From Gemmatimonadaceae bacterium (GTDB lineage Bacteria; Gemmatimonadota; Gemmatimonadetes; Gemmatimonadales; Gemmatimonadaceae), in assembly GCA_040901985.1 (NCBI GenBank), contig JBBDYC010000017.1, positions 138,130 to 202,129 of the forward strand: DNA of 64,000 bases, written 5' to 3'. Below, in pieces: positions 59,126-64,000 of this stretch. How positions within the stretch are numbered: position 1 is the stretch's first letter; every line of letters begins with the position of its first letter. Made by a program: the position numbers and the translations under genes. Below the pieces are notes generated by a model that was given only the letters and a program-made list of their open reading frames with translations, was not told the DNA's origin and searched no databases.

Positions 59126-60685
59126 TCACCGCATCTTGATCACGACCACCGGACTTTCCACCGCCGCGCGATCCACCGCGCGCACCGCCACGCGGTCGGC
59201 GGCGGCGGAGATGGGGAGGTCGCGCAGTGCGCCGTTCAGTAGTGTGCTTCGCCACGAGCCGTCGCGCACACGGGTCTGCACGAGCCACCACCGCGGCTGG
59301 TCGCCCGCCGGCGTCACCCGCGCGCTCCAGCTACCGTTGGCGGCGCGGATTAACTCCACCGAAGGCTCGCCCTGCGGCGGCACGTTCAGCCAGGGCGACG
59401 CCGGCACCAGCGCCAGCAGGTCGTAGACGCTCCGCGCAAGACGCGCGGATAGCGAGTCGCGGTCCTTGAGGAACGCGGTCGCCGAGAAGTGCACATTCCC
59501 CGACGCCCCGGCCTCGGCGCGCGTGGCGAGGATCTGGTTCTCGATCTCCACTGCCCGCCACGGCGTGCGCGACTGCTCGCCGACCTTGCTCGTGTAGTTG
59601 CCGGGCCAGAGATGCCGCCCATAGGCGTTCTGTTCGGCCCACCAGCGAAGGAGGATCGGGTACTCCTGCCCGACCTGTGCCACCGGCCAGTAGAGCTGAG
59701 GCGAGAAGTAGTCCACCCACCCCTCCTGCAGCCACTTGCGCGCGTCGGCGTAGAGTTCGTGGTAGGCATCGAAGCCGACGACGCTCGCGGGGAACCCGGG
59801 TCGCCAGATGCCGAACGGGCTGACGCCGAATTTCACCCACGGCTTGGCCGCGTGGATCTGCGTGTGCAGCTCTTGGACGAGCGCGTTCACGTTCTCGCGC
59901 CGCCAGTCGTCGCGCAGGAGCACGCCGCCGCTCGCGCGGTAGGCGTTATACGTCACCTCGTCCGGAAACTCGATTGGCTGGCCGCGCCGGTCGCGCTCGC
60001 GGTACGGATAGAAGTAGTCGTCAATGTGGACGCCATCTATGTCATACCGGCGCACGACATCGAGCACGACGCGCACGGTGTGCGCGCGCACCGCGGGATG
60101 CCCGGGGTCCATCCACTGCTGGCGACCGTACCGGAGCACGAGATGCGGCCGCGCGGTCGCCATATGGCGCGCCGCGAGCGGCCCCTTGGCCGTACCGTGA
60201 CGCGCGCGGTACGGATTGAACCAGGCGTGCAGTTCCAACCCACGCCGGTGCGCCTCGGCCACGGCGAACGCCAACGGGTCCCACCACGGGTCTGGCGCGA
60301 CTCCCTGACGGCCGGTGAGATACTCAGACCAAGGCTCGAGCGCCGAGGAGTAGAGCGCGTCGCCGGCAGGACGCACCTGAAGGATCACCGCATTGAGGCC
60401 GCTCGCCTTTGCGCGGTCGAGCAGGGCGCGCAACTCGGCCCGCGCAACGTCGGGCGAGAGTCCGGGGCGCGACGGCCAGTCAATGTTCCCCACCGAGGCA
60501 ATCCAGAGTCCGCGAAACTCGCGCCGCAGCTGCGGTGGGAGGCAGCTCGGATCGGCGAGCGGACAGGGCTCCGGTACAAAGGGACTCTGGGCGTGGGGCG
60601 CGGTCACGAACATCGCCATCAGTGCGGCGAGGACAGCCGCCGCGCGAATCGCCGCCGCGCCGGTCACGCTACGGCTGCCGGACAC
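59126..60685 (-). CDS. Glycosyl hydrolase-like 10 family protein, YddW/DigH-like
   Basis: REFRGLWIASVGNIDWPS, QVRPAGDALY, HAWFNPYR, DGVHIDDYFYPY, GVSPFGIW, PQLYW. Confidence 0.92.
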   Translation of the reverse strand: MSGSRSVTGAAAIRAAAVLAALMAMFVTAPHAQSPFVPEPCPLADPSCLPPQLRREFRGLWIASVGNIDWPSRPGLSPDVARAELRALLDRAKASGLNAVILQVRPAGDALYSSALEPWSEYLTGRQGVAPDPWWDPLAFAVAEAHRRGLELHAWFNPYRARHGTAKGPLAARHMATARPHLVLRYGRQQWMDPGHPAVRAHTVRVVLDVVRRYDIDGVHIDDYFYPYRERDRRGQPIEFPDEVTYNAYRASGGVLLRDDWRRENVNALVQELHTQIHAAKPWVKFGVSPFGIWRPGFPASVVGFDAYHELYADARKWLQEGWVDYFSPQLYWPVAQVGQEYPILLRWWAEQNAYGRHLWPGNYTSKVGEQSRTPWRAVEIENQILATRAEAGASGNVHFSATAFLKDRDSLSARLARSVYDLLALVPASPWLNVPPQGEPSVELIRAANGSWSARVTPAGDQPRWWLVQTRVRDGSWRSTLLNGALRDLPISAAADRVAVRAVDRAAVESPVVVIKMR

Positions 60686-61118
60686 CGGCCCTCACCGTCA
60701 GCGAATCGCCCGACACAAAGGTGAGGACGGCGGTCACCGTGTCGTAGGCCACGACCCGCCGCCTAACGCGAAGCATCATGACGTGCGCACCAAGAGGGCG
60801 GAAGGACACGCTGTCATCGGCCGGCACGGGGAGGGCGGTCACCGGCGACATATGCATCATCCCACCGATCCGGGTCGAGATGTGCATTTCCGTCACCTCG
60901 GCGTCAACGCTCGAGACGCCGCGGAGGGTATCGGCCGTGGCACCGCCGTTTGCGAGGACAAAATAGACCGCGGTCGTGGCGCCACTGTCGGCCGGTCGCG
61001 CCCAGGCGCCCCGGACGCTCAGCAGCGACGGCAGGCGCGCCGGTTCCGCCGGCGTGCAACTCGCCCCGACGAGAACGCTACAGCAGCTTGCGAAGATCGC
61101 GCGCCAGTTCCTCACCAC
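60669..61118 (-). CDS. Copper chaperone PCu(A)C
   Basis: AWARP, EMH...MMHM, F.P.GAHVMM. Confidence 0.88.
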   Translation of the reverse strand: MVRNWRAIFASCCSVLVGASCTPAEPARLPSLLSVRGAWARPADSGATTAVYFVLANGGATADTLRGVSSVDAEVTEMHISTRIGGMMHMSPVTALPVPADDSVSFRPLGAHVMMLRVRRRVVAYDTVTAVLTFVSGDSLTVRAGVRQP

Positions 61119-61677
61119 GGACTCCCGGTTCGTATAGGAAGCGCAGCCGTCCCTGCCGATCCACGAGGAAGGTGTACGCCGGATGCGCCACGGAGTAGGC
61201 GCGCGTGCGCGTGTCCCCTTCGGGGTACGCCGCGATCCTCCAGGCGGCCTTCATCGAGTCAATCTGTGCCTCAGTACCCGTGAGTCCGACGAAGGCGCGG
61301 TCGAACTGCCGCGCGTAGGCCTGCGCCAGCTCCGGCGTGTCGCGCTCGGGGTCCACGCTCACGAAGACAAACTGGACACGCGCGGCGCGGTCGCCGAGGG
61401 CGCGGCGCGCCTGCGCCCAGTCCGAGAGCGTGGTTGGGCAGACGTCGGGGCAGTGCGTGTAGCCGAAATAGACGAGGACAATGGACCCCTTGTGCTCGGC
61501 GAGGTCGAAGCGGGTGCTGTCGGCGGCCACGAGTCTTAGCGGCGGCGCCGCCTCGGCGTCGGCAATCTCGACGCCACGCATCGGTTCGCCGCAGGAGACG
61601 CCGACGACGCTGGCGAGGAGCCCCGCAAGGACGCCAAGCCAGCGGGCACGGACCGGGAGCGGGGAACCTGGACCCAT
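61078..61677 (-). CDS. SCO1/SenC family protein
   Basis: FGYTHCPDVCPTTL, VSVDPERDTP, conserved His in YSVAH. Confidence 0.93.
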   Translation of the reverse strand: MGPGSPLPVRARWLGVLAGLLASVVGVSCGEPMRGVEIADAEAAPPLRLVAADSTRFDLAEHKGSIVLVYFGYTHCPDVCPTTLSDWAQARRALGDRAARVQFVFVSVDPERDTPELAQAYARQFDRAFVGLTGTEAQIDSMKAAWRIAAYPEGDTRTRAYSVAHPAYTFLVDRQGRLRFLYEPGVRGEELARDLRKLL

Positions 61678-61752
61678 TAACGAAAGTTAGTCACCGGTCA
61701 CTGGGATTCTCTACGCGAGAACCCCGTTCCCGGCTATTATCAGGTCGCCACC

Positions 61753-62505
61753 ATGACACCGCTCGCCGTCGTCCTCGCCCTGCTCGTCGGCCTTACGCTC
61801 GGACTCCTGGGCGGAGGCGGCTCGATCCTGACCGTCCCCGTGCTCGTCTATGCGCTCGGCGTGGACCCGAAGGCCGCGGTCGTGATGAGTCTCCCGATCG
61901 TCGGCGGCGCGGCGATCGTCGGCGCCCTGCAGCAGTGGCGGCTCGGCCACATCGAGCTGGGCCGGGCGGTCCCGTTCGGCGTTGCCGCGATGGCCGGCGC
62001 GTACAGCGGGGCGCGGTTGGCCCGGGGACTTGCGGGTACGACGCAACTTCTGATTCTGGGCGTCGTGATGCTCGCGGCGGCGATCTCGATGCTCCGGAGT
62101 GCGGAGCTCGTTGCGCCTGCCGAGCCCGCGCCGCGGCACGCCTCGCCGAAGCTACTGGCGGTGGGCGCGCTGGGCGGCGTGCTGACTGGCGTCGTTGGTG
62201 TCGGCGGCGGGTTCCTGATTGTCCCCGCCCTCGTGCTCCTCGGCGGCGTCTCGATGACGCACGCCGTGGGGACGTCACTCCTCGTGATCGCGATGAACAC
62301 GGCCGCGGGGTATTTCGGGCATCACGGCAGCGAAGTGATCCCCTGGGAGCTTGTGCTCGCCTTCGGCGCCGTCGTGTCCATCGGGATCGTTGTCGGCGGG
62401 CGGCTGCTCCGACTCGTCGCGCAACCGAAGCTCAAGCGGGCCTTTGCCGTCCTGATCCTCGTGGTGGCGGGCTTACTCATCTGGCAGAACCAATCCCTTC
62501 TTTGA
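61753..62505 (+). CDS. Sulfite exporter TauE/SafE family
   Basis: LGLLGGGGSILTVP, GVGGGFLIVPAL, AVGTSL. Confidence 0.92.
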   Translation: MTPLAVVLALLVGLTLGLLGGGGSILTVPVLVYALGVDPKAAVVMSLPIVGGAAIVGALQQWRLGHIELGRAVPFGVAAMAGAYSGARLARGLAGTTQLLILGVVMLAAAISMLRSAELVAPAEPAPRHASPKLLAVGALGGVLTGVVGVGGGFLIVPALVLLGGVSMTHAVGTSLLVIAMNTAAGYFGHHGSEVIPWELVLAFGAVVSIGIVVGGRLLRLVAQPKLKRAFAVLILVVAGLLIWQNQSLL

Positions 62506-62520
62506 TGGCAGAGTGACCTG

Positions 62521-63984
62521 ATGTTTCTCAAGCGATTCTACGACGAAGGCCTCGCACAGGCGTCGTATATGATTGGCTGCGCCGCCACCGGCGAAGCCAT
62601 CGTGATAGACCCAAACCGTGCGCTGCAGCAGTACGTCGACGCCGCGCGCGCCGAGCGGCTGCGCATCACGCACGTGACGGAGACGCACATCCACGCGGAT
62701 TTCGTCTCCGGCGCGCGCGCGCTGGCCAAGGCCGCCAAGGCCACGCTGTATCTCTCGGCGGAGGGTGGTCGCGACTGGCAGTACGCCTTTGCCAAGGGCG
62801 ACGGCGCCACGCTCGTGCACGACGGCGACGTGATCAAGCTCGGCAACATCCGCCTCGAGGTATTGCACACGCCGGGACACACGCCGGAACACATCGCCTT
62901 CCTCGTGACCGACACCGCCGGCGCCAGCGAGCCGATGGGGATCGTGACCGGCGATTTCGTCTTCGTCGGCGACGTCGGGCGACCCGACCTCCTCGAGCGC
63001 GCGGCGAAGGTGGCCAACACGATGGAGGATGGGGCTAGAGCGCTGTTCAAGTCGCTCGAGCGCTTCCGCGCCCTTCCCGACTGGATCCAGGTCTGGCCGG
63101 GCCACGGTGCGGGGTCGGCGTGCGGAAAGTCGCTCGGCGCGGTGCCCACCTCGACCGTCGGCTACGAGAAGCGCTTCAACTGGGGCGTCGGCACGACCGA
63201 CGAGAAGACGTTCGTCGAGATGGTCCTCGCCGGCCAGCCCGAGCCGCCGCTCTACTTCGCCGAGATGAAGCGGATCAATCGCGACGGACCGCCGCACGAC
63301 GCCGGCTTCGCCTCGCCCGTCGAGGGCGACCTTGCCGCGCTCGACCGCGCGCTCGCGGCGGGGACTGGGGCTGCGAGCGGCGCGGGGGCTGCGAGCGGGG
63401 CGGGGGCCGGCGCCGCGGTCGTGGATCTGCGCCCAGCCCGCGCCTTTGCGGCGGGCCACATCCCCGGCACCCTGAGCATCCCCCTCAACAAGAGCTTTTC
63501 CGGCTGGGCGGGATGGCTCGTGCCGTACGACGTGGACATCCACCTGATCGGCGGCCGCGACGACATTGACCGCGCCGTCCGCGAGCTGGCGATGATCGGC
63601 CTCGATCGCGTGACGACCTGGTACGACCCCAAGGTCATCGAGACCGCACGGGCCGCTGGCCGCGCGCAAGACACGGTGAGCGCCATCTCGACCGCCGACC
63701 TCGTGCCACGACTCGGGCGCGAGCAGTTCACCTTCCTCGACGTGCGCAACCGCTCGGAGTTCGTCGCCGGCCACCTCCCGGGCTCGCTGCACATCCCGGT
63801 CGGCCTCATCCGCGACCGCATCGCCGAACTCCCCCGCGACAAACCGATCATCGTGCATTGCGAAACCGGCAGCCGCTCCGCCATCGCGATCTCGGTCCTC
63901 CAGCAACTCGGCATCACCAACGCGACCAATCTCTCCGACGGCTACGTCGGCTGGTCACGCGCGGGGCAACCGGTGGAGAGATGA
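62521..63984 (+). CDS. MBL-fold persulfide dioxygenase with two rhodanese domains, CstB-like
   Basis: ETHIHADF, TPGHTPEH, GDVGRPDL, PGHGAGSACG; rhodanese GHIPG and active-site HCETGSRS. Confidence 0.92.
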   Translation: MFLKRFYDEGLAQASYMIGCAATGEAIVIDPNRALQQYVDAARAERLRITHVTETHIHADFVSGARALAKAAKATLYLSAEGGRDWQYAFAKGDGATLVHDGDVIKLGNIRLEVLHTPGHTPEHIAFLVTDTAGASEPMGIVTGDFVFVGDVGRPDLLERAAKVANTMEDGARALFKSLERFRALPDWIQVWPGHGAGSACGKSLGAVPTSTVGYEKRFNWGVGTTDEKTFVEMVLAGQPEPPLYFAEMKRINRDGPPHDAGFASPVEGDLAALDRALAAGTGAASGAGAASGAGAGAAVVDLRPARAFAAGHIPGTLSIPLNKSFSGWAGWLVPYDVDIHLIGGRDDIDRAVRELAMIGLDRVTTWYDPKVIETARAAGRAQDTVSAISTADLVPRLGREQFTFLDVRNRSEFVAGHLPGSLHIPVGLIRDRIAELPRDKPIIVHCETGSRSAIAISVLQQLGITNATNLSDGYVGWSRAGQPVER

Positions 63985-64000
63985 CGCGAGAAAGGGGGGG

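Overview
High-GC (about 70% by eye) bacterial chromosomal window, most consistent with Gemmatimonadota (inferred from gene content and style, not proven). It is gene-dense and mostly housekeeping: mlaE-mlaD-nadB-nadA-nadC, an MFS transporter, a PIG-L deacetylase, sucA, an RNA methyltransferase, msrPQ, a TetR-controlled ABC exporter, alkA, beta-oxidation genes, an MhqR-like quinone-detox unit, glycosidases, SCO/PCuAC copper chaperones and a TauE plus persulfide dioxygenase-rhodanese pair. The notable parts are: (1) a regulatory block at 28.8-32.9 kb in which a sigma54 activator sits upstream of a readable enhancer/IHF/-24/-12 promoter and a sigma28-family gene, facing an orphan adenine methyltransferase coupled to a sensor-less, ChpT-like pseudo-histidine kinase; (2) a three-gene trans-envelope unit at 15-19 kb (porin, periplasmic copper-site protein, receptor-topology HAMP Ser/Thr kinase); (3) a defence hotspot at 41.5-53.3 kb holding a lower-GC McrB(NxD)/DUF2357-McrC pair with several candidate reader domains and three apparently leaderless toxin-antitoxin modules, one with an internally deleted HigB; (4) apparent avoidance of RTCGAY in sampled host genes but not in the island. 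No rRNA, tRNA, CRISPR array, integrase or transposase was recognised. All family calls come from motifs read by eye; no database searches were run.
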